The notes below the pieces were generated by a model, which searched no databases, was not told the DNA's origin, and saw nothing but the letters and a program-made list of their open reading frames with translations. The position numbers were made by a program, and so were the translations under genes. Positions 1 through 8,584 of a stretch of DNA of 60,161 bases are shown here, piece after piece. Source of the DNA: Candidatus Daviesbacteria bacterium (GTDB taxonomy: Bacteria > Patescibacteriota > Microgenomatia > Daviesbacterales > UBA10151); assembly GCA_003519445.1 (NCBI GenBank), contig DOWS01000020.1, positions 1 to 60,161 on the forward strand, in the 5' to 3' direction. Every line of letters starts with the position of its first letter. The stretch's first letter is position 1.

Positions 1-513
1 TGTTTGTTTTGGGTTAGGTATATGTATCAGATAATTTACTTTCGTTAGCTGACGTTTAACATCCCAGCCCAAAGCAAGTCTCTCATTTTCTTCTTCTTTT
101 AACCGCTGGAATTCTTTAATTAAAAAGAGCTTAAACTCCGGGGATAGCCAGGTAGCGAATTCAAAGGCGATGTCTTTATGTGCAAATGTTCCCCCATATC
201 TTCCTGCGCTTGAACGTATCCCGATAGCATTGGTTTGCTTAATCCACATCGATGAAGATACAATAAACCCGTTTGTCCCAACTTCGTTTTTAATCTTATG
301 GTATTCAATAAGATTAAAGTGGGGATTATGTAACTGCTCCCACGCTCCCATAAATTGGATCGTGTATTTTGTAGTAAGCCAGTTTGAAATAACAACGCCA
401 CTATCATATGCTTTTACCTTGGCCATATCAGTAAGAGAAATATAATCTTCCTTGTTTTTTGTGATAATACTTATTTGCAACCCCTTACCAGTGATGATTT
501 TTTTATTTTTCAT
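1..513 (-). CDS. KilA-N domain DNA-binding protein (partial; 3' end beyond left edge)
   Basis: Not in the ORF track because it runs off the window edge. ATG at 513-511, open for 171 codons down to nt 1: MKNKKIITGKGLQISIITKNKEDYISLTDMAKV...RYGGTFAHKDIAFEFATWLSPEFKLFLIKEFQRLKEEENERL, the KilA-N core pattern. GAAAGG SD-like element 7 nt upstream. Confidence 0.7.
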   Translation of the reverse strand, partial: MKNKKIITGKGLQISIITKNKEDYISLTDMAKVKAYDSGVVISNWLTTKYTIQFMGAWEQLHNPHFNLIEYHKIKNEVGTNGFIVSSSMWIKQTNAIGIRSSAGRYGGTFAHKDIAFEFATWLSPEFKLFLIKEFQRLKEEENERLALGWDVKRQLTKVNYLIHIPNPKQT

Positions 514-636
514 ATTTTTACCTTTCTCATATTTTCTTCCCATATTTTACCACTTCGATTTCACTCAGTGCTATGGCACTTCGGCAAGGCTTAGTGTTGT
601 AACACTTGACAATATTCAACACCAAATATAAAAGTG

Positions 637-645
637 TGTTATACT
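637..645 (+). promoter_or_regulatory. extended -10 box (TGT-TATACT), 7 nt upstream of ATG 653
   Basis: tgtTATACT at 637-645, spacer tatacat, ATG at 653. No SD. TTGACA also present at 606-611. Confidence 0.45.
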
Positions 646-652
646 TATACAT

Positions 653-1126
653 ATGGCATTTAATCGAGATAACAGAGACAGAAATAGTAGAGGAGGAGAC
701 AGGGGTGGGTTTAGACCCAGACCTTCTTTTTCGTCCAGAGGACGACCAGCCTCTGGCTGGGGTGACAGAGGTGACCGCGGGCCTGTAGAAATGCACTCTG
801 CTGTTTGTGACAATTGTGGCAGGGAATGTGAAGTGCCTTTCAGGCCAACCAGTGGCAAGCCTGTTTATTGCAGTAACTGCTTTGAAAACCAAAGAAGCAA
901 CCTTGATTCAGGAAATTCAGGAAATTCAGGAAGATTTGAAAGAAGAAATTTTGAAAGGCCGCGGAATGAGCAAAGCACTTCTCCTTCACAAGATAAATTT
1001 GCAGAACTCAATGCCAAACTTGATAGCATTTTAAAACTTTTAGAAAATCAAAAGCCTGTTGTAAAAAAACCTGCAAAAATTAAAGAGGCAAAAACAGAAG
1101 AAGTAGCTCCAACCGCAGAAGAATAA
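653..1126 (+). CDS. CxxC-x17-CxxC zinc-ribbon protein with RG-rich N-terminus
   Basis: CDNC followed by exactly 17 residues (GRECEVPFRPTSGKPVY) then CSNC. N-terminus RDNRDRNSRGGDRGGFRPRPSFSSRGRPASGWGDRGDRG is RGG-like. Lys/Glu-rich tail. Confidence 0.75.
   Translation: MAFNRDNRDRNSRGGDRGGFRPRPSFSSRGRPASGWGDRGDRGPVEMHSAVCDNCGRECEVPFRPTSGKPVYCSNCFENQRSNLDSGNSGNSGRFERRNFERPRNEQSTSPSQDKFAELNAKLDSILKLLENQKPVVKKPAKIKEAKTEEVAPTAEE
907..933 (+). repeat. 3 tandem copies of a 9-nt unit (ttcaggaaa) inside the CxxC gene
   Basis: ttcaggaaa ttcaggaaa ttcaggaag, encoding (D)SGNSGNSGR. Confidence 0.85.
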
Positions 1127-1131
1127 TTTTA

Positions 1132-1866
1132 CTAATATTTCCCTTTAAAATCATTGATCCGTATACGAAACATATCATAAATTGCAGCTAAAGCATCTTT
1201 TATAACCTGTACCCTTTCCGTGTCTACATAATTCCATTCCACTTCTACTTCTGCTATCTTAAATCCATATTTTTTGGCCAGATACAAAAGTTCCACATCA
1301 AATCCGGCATTGACTGCCCCACCCTGAAAATGCACCACTCCCCATTCCCCTTTTATTTTAGGAATTATTTTTTCAATTGATTTTTTATTAAAAGCTTTAA
1401 AACCGCACTGGGTATCGGAAAAAGGCAGACCCAAAATTAGTTCTCTTAAAATGGAAAAAACCCAGGCTGCTAATTTTCTAACAAATGGCGCTCCTTTCCT
1501 CCCGATCCTTGAGCCAATAACCATATCATAACCTTCCTCAAATTTGGGCAGAAATTTGCCCAGTTGATTAATAGGAGTAGCCTGATCCATATCTGTAAAA
1601 AGCACTGTGTCACCTTTGGCTTTTAACATTCCGCTCATGACTGCCATGGCTTTACCCCCATGAGAAACTTCCAATAAATTAAAATTTTGGTTTTGGGAAA
1701 TAAACTTTTTTATAATTTCTTTTGTCTTGTCTGTTGACCCGTCATCTACGATTATTACCTCATAGCTTATATTAAGTTTTTCCAGATAACTTCTTACCTC
1801 ATCCAGTACTCCCTTTTTCAGATTTCTTTCTTCATTATATGCCGGTATTACCACAGATAATTTCAT
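1132..1866 (-). CDS. GT2 glycosyltransferase, polyprenyl-phosphate sugar synthase type (DPM1/ALG5/ArnC-like)
   Basis: VVIPAYNEE, IIVDDGSTD, FTDMDQ (DxD), QCGFKAF. AAGGAGG SD upstream. 4-nt ATGA overlap with the upstream gene. Confidence 0.8.
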   Translation of the reverse strand: MKLSVVIPAYNEERNLKKGVLDEVRSYLEKLNISYEVIIVDDGSTDKTKEIIKKFISQNQNFNLLEVSHGGKAMAVMSGMLKAKGDTVLFTDMDQATPINQLGKFLPKFEEGYDMVIGSRIGRKGAPFVRKLAAWVFSILRELILGLPFSDTQCGFKAFNKKSIEKIIPKIKGEWGVVHFQGGAVNAGFDVELLYLAKKYGFKIAEVEVEWNYVDTERVQVIKDALAAIYDMFRIRINDFKGKY

Positions 1867-3989
1867 ATTCCCTCCTTTGGATTATGCACTAACTTGTATA
1901 TTTTTACCCCCGAAAAATCCCAAAACTTGTCAACCAAAGTCCAACCAAAAGCCGCGATCTCGTGTTTTGGACTGTAAATTGGATCACACACCTCATCTTC
2001 GCAAACCACAAATAGCTGATCAGTTTTTTCAAAAGGTAGTTTTTTAGGCTCATGTCCATAAATTTCCAAATAAAACTGATAAGCCGAATCATAGTTATTT
2101 TTGGCCAAAAGGGCAAAGTTAAATGGTTTATCCTCCGACTCCTTGATTATAAAATTTGCAATATCTTGAGTTTTTTTCAACTGGTTGTTTGGGGGATTGA
2201 CCAGGGGATTTTTTTGTAAATTAACAATAGTAATGATTATTGCCAAACCCGCAATAACCCATTTAAATTTTCTTAAAGCCAGTAAAGATCCCAAAAGAAG
2301 ATACGGGGCAGGATTTAAAAATCCTAAATAATGATCATAAATACCGTTTTGGTAAAAAGAGAGCCCCACTAGGCCAACTATAATCCAAACTGCCAAAATA
2401 ATTTTTCTTTTGATAATCCAATAAATTAAAAGCGTAAAAATAATTAAAGAGAGTAGTATTGCTAATAATGCGTTTTCTCCTGCCATATACCTGCCAATCA
2501 AAACATAGTTATAAATTTCCGGAATTCTGCCAAAGTTAGAAAATAGGTTCATACCTACTGCCTCACCTTTACCAAAAAGCGCAATCACTGCCTTGTAATT
2601 TAAAAAGTTATGCCGGAGGTCAAACCAAAAAAGAGGAGACATAGTAATTAAAAAAGCTGCCAAACCAAGCAGGGTACCTTTTAGAAAATTTTCCTTTGCG
2701 CTTTTTTTCAAAACCTGATAAAACCAAAGTGTCACAATAACGGGTATTAGGATAAGAGCCAAATAGTGCATCTGCAAAGCTGCAGCCAAAGATAAACCAG
2801 TTAAAATAAGCCACAGAAAATTATTGCTTTTTTGCAGTTTCACTATACTCAAAATTGCCAAAAGAGTAAAAAAAGGTAAAGGATTGGGATTCCAGGAAAA
2901 ACGGGAATAATTAATGGTAACCGGGCTGATTGCATAAAGATACGCAGCCAAAAGTCCTGCTCCCCTGCCAAACCATGTTTTCCCCAAATAATAAACCAGA
3001 AAAACCGTGGCCACTCCAATCATAGCTACCATGACAGAGGCCGAAACCGGATTAAAGTTTGTTAAAACCATGGGCGGAAGCATCATGTAATAATAAAGGG
3101 GCCCAAGATAAATATTACCTACGGAAGTGGGCGGGCCTATCAGAGGAAAATGCCATTTATCTATCATATCTTTGACAATAATGGCGTCCCTCCCCTCATC
3201 CCCCAAAAAAATCATATATTCCTCAATTTTATAAAACCTCAAAAATGCAGCCAGCGCTAAAACTCCTACCAGAGCAATAAACAGTATTTTTTGGTCTTTC
3301 AGTTTCCACCAAAGGCGGAGAAGATCCAGAAAGGATTTAACTATTACTTTTATACCCGCTCCTGTTGGTTTTCCGGAAAGCCTTGGATAATGATTAACTC
3401 CTGTTTGTGTTACTTTAAAGCCATATTTTTTTGCCTTAATAGCCAACTCCGCATTTATCATGGCTCCACGGGAGGATTCAAGATGCGGTATCTTTTCTAA
3501 AACACTTTTGCGGATCATTTTAAAACCGCAATCCACATCTTTTAGGGTTAAACCAAAAAAAGCTAAAAGAGAAAGCTTCCAGCCCTTATTAAACAGAATC
3601 CTGAAAAACGGGTCTTGCCTTTTGATACGGTATCCAATAACCAAATCGTAATCTTTGATTTTTTCCAAAAACTTAGTCACCTCGCTAAAGTCGAATTGAC
3701 CATCCCCGTCTGTATAGACTATGGTGTCATATTTGGCATTGTAAAAGCCGCTTTTTAGGGCCTCCCCATAACCTAAATTTTTTGGATGGTTTATGGCCTT
3801 AATCCTTGGGTTTTCTTTAGCCAATTTCTCTGTTTTTTCTTTTGTCCCATCTGTTGATCCGTCGTTTACCAGAATTATTTCATATTCCAGCTTTAGTTTT
3901 TCCAAAACATCTATTGCCTTTTTGACAAGCATTTCAACATTACCTTCTTCATTAAATAGCGGGAAAAATACTGAAAGATTTTTAATCAT
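1863..3989 (-). CDS. Fusion protein: N-terminal GT2 (polyprenyl-phosphate sugar synthase type) plus C-terminal multi-TM GT-C (ArnT/PMT-like) glycosyltransferase
   Basis: N-terminal ~230 aa: FFPLFNEE, LVNDGSTDGT, YTDGDGQFD, DCGFKM. The rest is >10 predicted TM helices starting with GDEGRDAIIVKDM...LIGPPTSVGNIYLGPLYYYMMLP, a motif shared with the ORFs at 21323, 22803 and 25983. Confidence 0.75.
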   Translation of the reverse strand: MIKNLSVFFPLFNEEGNVEMLVKKAIDVLEKLKLEYEIILVNDGSTDGTKEKTEKLAKENPRIKAINHPKNLGYGEALKSGFYNAKYDTIVYTDGDGQFDFSEVTKFLEKIKDYDLVIGYRIKRQDPFFRILFNKGWKLSLLAFFGLTLKDVDCGFKMIRKSVLEKIPHLESSRGAMINAELAIKAKKYGFKVTQTGVNHYPRLSGKPTGAGIKVIVKSFLDLLRLWWKLKDQKILFIALVGVLALAAFLRFYKIEEYMIFLGDEGRDAIIVKDMIDKWHFPLIGPPTSVGNIYLGPLYYYMMLPPMVLTNFNPVSASVMVAMIGVATVFLVYYLGKTWFGRGAGLLAAYLYAISPVTINYSRFSWNPNPLPFFTLLAILSIVKLQKSNNFLWLILTGLSLAAALQMHYLALILIPVIVTLWFYQVLKKSAKENFLKGTLLGLAAFLITMSPLFWFDLRHNFLNYKAVIALFGKGEAVGMNLFSNFGRIPEIYNYVLIGRYMAGENALLAILLSLIIFTLLIYWIIKRKIILAVWIIVGLVGLSFYQNGIYDHYLGFLNPAPYLLLGSLLALRKFKWVIAGLAIIITIVNLQKNPLVNPPNNQLKKTQDIANFIIKESEDKPFNFALLAKNNYDSAYQFYLEIYGHEPKKLPFEKTDQLFVVCEDEVCDPIYSPKHEIAAFGWTLVDKFWDFSGVKIYKLVHNPKEGI

Positions 3990-3992
3990 TTA

Positions 3993-5138
3993 TTGATATA
4001 TAATAGACTAGTGAGTGCTAAATTCAAAGATCTTGCTCTGCTTACAATTATAACAGTTACTTTTACCTTTCTTCTCTGGCTGCCGCATATTTTGGCTATA
4101 CCTAATTTTTGGGGATTATCCTTCAAAGAAGGATTCAATACAATCTACAGGAACTTTGACGGCTTGGAATACATAGTTATTGCCAAAACTTTTTATAATC
4201 CGGAGGCAATTGCAAACTTGCATTTGACCCAACCGGCCGACTATTTTGCCTCTCATTTTCCCGGATACCCCTTACTTATTTCTTTATTTGCCCCTTTTTT
4301 GGGTTATCTTAAATCAATGCTTTTTGTATCTTTGCTGTTTACTGTTTTAAGTGCTTGGGCTTTTTACTTTTTAGTAAAAGATTTTAAACTATCTGCTCAT
4401 CCGCTCACTTTATCCTTAATATTTTTAATCCTACCTGCCAGATGGGTTATAGTCCATTCTATTGGTTCCCCTGAACCGGCTTTTATTTTCTTTATTATTC
4501 TTTCTATTTATTTCTTTTTAAAAAACAAAATTTGGGCAGTTGCGGTTTTTGCAGCCGCAGCTCAACTAATCAGACCACCGGGAATTTTACTTGGCATTGC
4601 TCTGGGCCTCTATATCTTGTGGCAAGGCTACCGGAAAAAATCTGTCAAATATATCCTCTCTTTTTATCCCCTAATCTTTATCCCTCTTACCCTTTTGGGG
4701 ATCTTTTATTGGTATTCCATAACTTATCAAGATTTTTTTGCTTATTTCCATTCCGGAGACAATATCCACTTAACTTTCCCCCCATTTCAAGTATTTAATA
4801 AACATCAATTTTGGGTGGGGGATATTTGGCTGGAAGATGTAGTTTATATTTTTATGCTGGGGTTTTTGGGAGGGATGTTTTTAATAAAACAAAAATTATA
4901 TTCCTTGGCTTTTTTTGTTTTAACCTATCTTACGGCATCAATTTTTGTAGCGCACAGGGATATTTCCAGATATTTACTACCCATAGCCCCTTTTGTAATA
5001 ATAGCTTTTGAAAAAATTCTGGTTTCAAAAGAATTTAAAATAGTTTTGGCAATTTTAGCCCTTACCATTTATCTCTACTCCCAAAACTACATTATTAATA
5101 ATGTAGCCCCAGTTCCCGATTTATCAGTTTATAATTAG
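3993..5138 (+). CDS. Multi-TM GT-C-fold glycosyltransferase, PIG-V/GT76-like
   Basis: About 10 TM helices. RNFDGLEYIVIAKTFY resembles the PIG-V family motif (D-x-x-x-Y-x-x-IA-x-x-GY). The real start may be GTG 4011 (TATAAT 3999-4004 plus 6 nt). Confidence 0.5.
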   Translation: MIYNRLVSAKFKDLALLTIITVTFTFLLWLPHILAIPNFWGLSFKEGFNTIYRNFDGLEYIVIAKTFYNPEAIANLHLTQPADYFASHFPGYPLLISLFAPFLGYLKSMLFVSLLFTVLSAWAFYFLVKDFKLSAHPLTLSLIFLILPARWVIVHSIGSPEPAFIFFIILSIYFFLKNKIWAVAVFAAAAQLIRPPGILLGIALGLYILWQGYRKKSVKYILSFYPLIFIPLTLLGIFYWYSITYQDFFAYFHSGDNIHLTFPPFQVFNKHQFWVGDIWLEDVVYIFMLGFLGGMFLIKQKLYSLAFFVLTYLTASIFVAHRDISRYLLPIAPFVIIAFEKILVSKEFKIVLAILALTIYLYSQNYIINNVAPVPDLSVYN

Positions 5139-5160
5139 AATCCCGTTGTTGAGTTGCATA

Positions 5161-5189
5161 TTGCATTTTAAGGATTATTGTGGTAATAT
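5161..5189 (+). promoter_or_regulatory. candidate sigma70-type promoter (TTGCAT-17-TAATAT with TGg extension)
   Basis: ttgcat 5161-5166, 17-nt spacer ending in tgg, taatat 5184-5189. No ORF follows on this strand. Confidence 0.35.
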
Positions 5190-5195
5190 AATATC

Positions 5196-5273
5196 AAATC
5201 GAACCGAAAACTGACCGTTATGGCAAGCTGTCGCAAGACTAGGTTCTACCACCCCTTTGTGGGTGGTTTTTTT
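5196..5273 (+). ncRNA. candidate ~75-nt small RNA (promoter to intrinsic terminator), family unknown
   Basis: Bounded by the promoter above and the terminator at 5249-5273. gaacc (5201-5205) can pair with ggttc (5242-5246). No ORF present. Confidence 0.25.
5249..5273 (+). terminator. rho-independent terminator
   Basis: ccaccc-ctttgt-gggtgg hairpin followed by ttttttt. The only textbook intrinsic terminator I found in the window. Confidence 0.7.
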
Positions 5274-5277
5274 AGGC

Positions 5278-5856
5278 TTAAATTTCAATCAAACTTCCAT
5301 TTTTAATAGCCTTTTTAAAAAGATCTTGAATTTCACCTTTCTCTCCATCAATAACATCTCTCACAAATCCAGCTACAGCATCTGCTAACCTAATTAAAGC
5401 ATTGTTCTCATCTTTATTAACACCTTGAACCTTTCTAGTAGGAACACCCAGTTTTCTTAACTCACTACCGTATTCTTGCCTTTTATTTTTACTTAAGCCG
5501 TCAACATACACAAGCGTTGTATATTCTTCCGGCTCTTTAAAATGGACTGCTTTGGCGATACCGGTAATAGTTGCTAAATCGTAATTGGGTTGCTCATGGT
5601 AAATGGAATATCGTAATTTCTCCTTAAAAAGCTTGTTTGAAAATACTCTACTTATATAATCAATGCGTCTTGCATATTTTGCTCTTCCCCATTTATCTTT
5701 ATGTTTAGCGCTTTCTTCTTCAATTTTTTCGCAAAGGGTTAATAATTCATCCCGTTCTTTTCCGGTAACTACTATTGACACAATAAAAATATCACCTTTA
5801 GTATCCTGACCATTCTCGTCAACATAGCAGTAAAGTTTCTGTTTAATAATTTTCAT
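5278..5856 (-). CDS. DUF3800-family protein
   Basis: N-terminal YCYVDENGQD and C-terminal NALIRLADAVAGFVRD match the DUF3800 signature (xYxDESG ... LQLADxxAG). Confidence 0.6.
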   Translation of the reverse strand: MKIIKQKLYCYVDENGQDTKGDIFIVSIVVTGKERDELLTLCEKIEEESAKHKDKWGRAKYARRIDYISRVFSNKLFKEKLRYSIYHEQPNYDLATITGIAKAVHFKEPEEYTTLVYVDGLSKNKRQEYGSELRKLGVPTRKVQGVNKDENNALIRLADAVAGFVRDVIDGEKGEIQDLFKKAIKNGSLIEI

Positions 5857-5896
5857 TAACTATAATTTACACTATACCCGGTATGTCTTACCCTAT

Positions 5897-6367
5897 TTAA
5901 ACCAATAGTGGCAAGGGGTGGGGATTATTTTTATAATCCAAGTATAATTTGATCGTTTCGCCATGATCAAAAGCCAGTTCGTCAAATGGAGGCAGTTTCT
6001 CAATGGCAATCCAATCTATTGCTGTTGATTCGTGATCAGGTACGCCAACCTTTCTGATAGGTTTTACAATAAATGTCAGGGGCACATTTTGTCTGTCTTC
6101 ATGAGGACGATCAGGGTTTGTGTTAATCATAAAAAGTGTCATAACCTCACCTTCCCATCCTGTTTCCTCCTTTAATTCTCTTAAAATTCCCTCTTGAGCA
6201 GTCTCATCTCTATCAAGAAAGCCGGAGGGAAGCGACCATTTGCCTCCTTCTAAAAGTTCATTCGACCTCTTAATAAGCAATAATTTTCCATCCATCTCAA
6301 CTATTGCATGAACTACCACATGCCTTAAACTTGCTTTGTTTCCATTTTCAAAAGTGCAATTTATCAT
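5897..6367 (-). CDS. NUDIX hydrolase
   Basis: Nudix box GFLDRDETAQEGILRELKEETGW (Gx5Ex7REUxEExGU). AGGAGG SD upstream. Confidence 0.85.
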   Translation of the reverse strand: MINCTFENGNKASLRHVVVHAIVEMDGKLLLIKRSNELLEGGKWSLPSGFLDRDETAQEGILRELKEETGWEGEVMTLFMINTNPDRPHEDRQNVPLTFIVKPIRKVGVPDHESTAIDWIAIEKLPPFDELAFDHGETIKLYLDYKNNPHPLPLLV

Positions 6368-6369
6368 GT

Positions 6370-7557
6370 TTAATCCTCCTGATTTTTCCAGGTGATAAAG
6401 TGGTTCATCAAAAAATTCCAGGTCATTACAAAAGGAATGGTAGCAAAAAAGTAGAAGTTGTTAAAAGCAATATGGCGGCCGAATACATAAATAAATCCGT
6501 CCCCATAAGTTACATGTAAAAACTTAACTATCAAAACTGCCATCACCAATCCCCCAAAACTAACTACATTAAAAATCCCAAATTTTTGCCAAAGATTGGT
6601 TTTTGTTTTTCTGTAACGGAAAGTCCAGTAATTATTTAAAATAAAATTACTGACAATGGCAATTTCCGTAGAAAATCCTTTGGAAGTGGCAGGCGGAAAA
6701 CCGCCCAGATTAATAAATATCTTGTAAAAAAGAAAATCCACCAGTGTCCCCACAAACCCCACCAAACCAAATTTAACAACTGTTTTTGCCCGTCTTGTTA
6801 AATTAAAAAGGGGGATATTTACTCCCCAGCTGTGGAGCCTTGCATCAATGCAATATGTAATCACATCATAGGTGTAATTAAAAACTTTATTTTTGGAATA
6901 ACCTTCCAAACGGTTTTTAAAAATAAGCGGAACTTCTTTGTATTTTGCGCCTGCTAAAATTGCCTCATGCAAAAATGCCGGTTGGACAATAAAAGAAAGT
7001 TCCTGCCAAGGGAGTCTTTGAAAATTTAATTTTTGGAAGAGAGCAGGGGTAAAAGCCCTGGCAGAATTGGTAAATTCCCTGATATCCCTGGGACCCATGA
7101 GTAGCCGGCAAAAAAGCGAGGCCCCGTAAGTAAAAATTCTCCTCCCGATTGAGAGTTGATTTTTGCCTCCCTCAATAAATCTGGAACCAATGGCCAGATC
7201 GTATCCGTCTTCTACGGCTCTAACAAGCCTGACTAAAACATCCGGTACCACCTGCCCATCTGCATCAAGTTGAGCTAAAACGCCGGGGTGAATTTTCTCC
7301 AGGGCATATCTGTGGCCTTTAATAAGCCCCACACCCAACCCGGGATTAACTTTAATCAGTCGTATCCTGCTATTTTTTTTGGAAAGATTTAAAACTATTT
7401 TATCAGTTCCGTCAGAAGACCTGATATCGTCTGCTACAACAATATGTATTTCCCACCCGGGAATATTTTTTTCCTGTTCTAAAACCTTATCAACAGTTCT
7501 TTCAACATTGGCTTTTTCATTAAAGGTAGGAAGGACAACAGAAACAATTTTTTTCAT
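6370..7557 (-). CDS. GT2 polyprenyl-phosphate mannose/glucose synthase fused to a C-terminal GtrA-like 4-TM domain
   Basis: VVLPTFNEK, VVADDIRSSDGT, QLDADGQ. C-terminal FGLVGFVGTLVDFLFY...NNYWTFR is GtrA-like. Confidence 0.8.
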   Translation of the reverse strand: MKKIVSVVLPTFNEKANVERTVDKVLEQEKNIPGWEIHIVVADDIRSSDGTDKIVLNLSKKNSRIRLIKVNPGLGVGLIKGHRYALEKIHPGVLAQLDADGQVVPDVLVRLVRAVEDGYDLAIGSRFIEGGKNQLSIGRRIFTYGASLFCRLLMGPRDIREFTNSARAFTPALFQKLNFQRLPWQELSFIVQPAFLHEAILAGAKYKEVPLIFKNRLEGYSKNKVFNYTYDVITYCIDARLHSWGVNIPLFNLTRRAKTVVKFGLVGFVGTLVDFLFYKIFINLGGFPPATSKGFSTEIAIVSNFILNNYWTFRYRKTKTNLWQKFGIFNVVSFGGLVMAVLIVKFLHVTYGDGFIYVFGRHIAFNNFYFFATIPFVMTWNFLMNHFITWKNQED

Positions 7558-8567
7558 TAAGAAAATTTCGCCAAATCCGAATGCACCATAATTTTAACTA
7601 AATCCTTAAAAATAGTTTTAGCTTCCCATCCCAAAACTTTCTTGGCTTTAGCCGGATTTCCCTGCAAAGGTCCGGTTTGAACCGGTGGCACAAAATGAGA
7701 ATCTGTTACCACAAAATCTTTCCAATTTAATCCCACTACTTTAAACGCTTCCTCTGCAAACTCACCTACCGTATGAGTTTCCCCCGTAGCTATCACAAAA
7801 TCATCTGCGATGTCCTGCTGCAGCATCAGCCACATAGCCTCGACATAATCCGGAGCATATCCCCAATCCCTTTTGGCTCCTAAATCCCCCAGTTTTAGTT
7901 TTCCGTTTTGTACTATTGGCTCCCCTATTTCATTCAAAGGAACATTGTCTTTTCTGTTATTTTTAATACAGGCTACAGCTGCAGTAATTTTTCTGGTAAC
8001 AAAATTTAAGCCCCTGCGGGGACTTTCATGATTAAATAAAATCCCGCAGGATATAAACTGGGGATTTTTTTTATCTTCTCTGGCAATAATAGCCATTCTG
8101 TGGGCATATTCTTTGGCAACCGCATACGGATTTTTGGGATTTAACGGAGTAGTTTCATCCTGCGGCACCTGATTTGGTGCTCCAAACATTTCCGAAGTGG
8201 AGGCCTGATAAACTTTAGCTTCCGGAACCACTTCTTTAGCTCTTTCAAAAACATGCAAAGCTCCCACTCCGGTAATCATAATTGAGCCAAGCTTGTCGCT
8301 AAAAGATCCCAAAGGAGAGGAGAAAGAAGCCAGATTATAGATTTCCGAGGGCTTAAAATCAAGAAAAGCCAAAGCTATGGATTCAGGTGATTGCAAATCG
8401 CCGTAATAAACCTTAATCTCTCCCTTAAAATCATCTATATTACCCATTTCCGCTGTTGCGTTTCTTCTAACTAAACCACCCACCTCATATCCTTTATTCA
8501 ATAAAATTTCGGTTAAATATGATCCGTCTTGACCGGAAATTCCTGTAATAAAAGCTCTTTTTGCCAT
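7557..8567 (-). CDS. gmd: GDP-mannose 4,6-dehydratase
   Basis: MAKRAFITGISGQDGSYLTEILLNKGYEV, SPYAVAKEYAH, GILFNHESPRRG. Confidence 0.9.
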   Translation of the reverse strand: MAKRAFITGISGQDGSYLTEILLNKGYEVGGLVRRNATAEMGNIDDFKGEIKVYYGDLQSPESIALAFLDFKPSEIYNLASFSSPLGSFSDKLGSIMITGVGALHVFERAKEVVPEAKVYQASTSEMFGAPNQVPQDETTPLNPKNPYAVAKEYAHRMAIIAREDKKNPQFISCGILFNHESPRRGLNFVTRKITAAVACIKNNRKDNVPLNEIGEPIVQNGKLKLGDLGAKRDWGYAPDYVEAMWLMLQQDIADDFVIATGETHTVGEFAEEAFKVVGLNWKDFVVTDSHFVPPVQTGPLQGNPAKAKKVLGWEAKTIFKDLVKIMVHSDLAKFS

Positions 8568-8584
8568 AATGTGATCTACTATAT

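Noticed and set aside
120-445. ORF-track entries 120..407 (minus strand) and 170..445 (plus strand).
   Set aside because: Both are out of frame with, and fully covered by, the KilA-N reading frame (1..513, minus strand), which has clear family motifs.
5921-5940. aaggggtgggg at the NUDIX 3' end resembles the cttggggtgg core of the REP-like repeat.
   Set aside because: Only about 9 nt match, the rest of the 40-mer is absent, and the stretch lies in coding sequence (PHPLPLLV).
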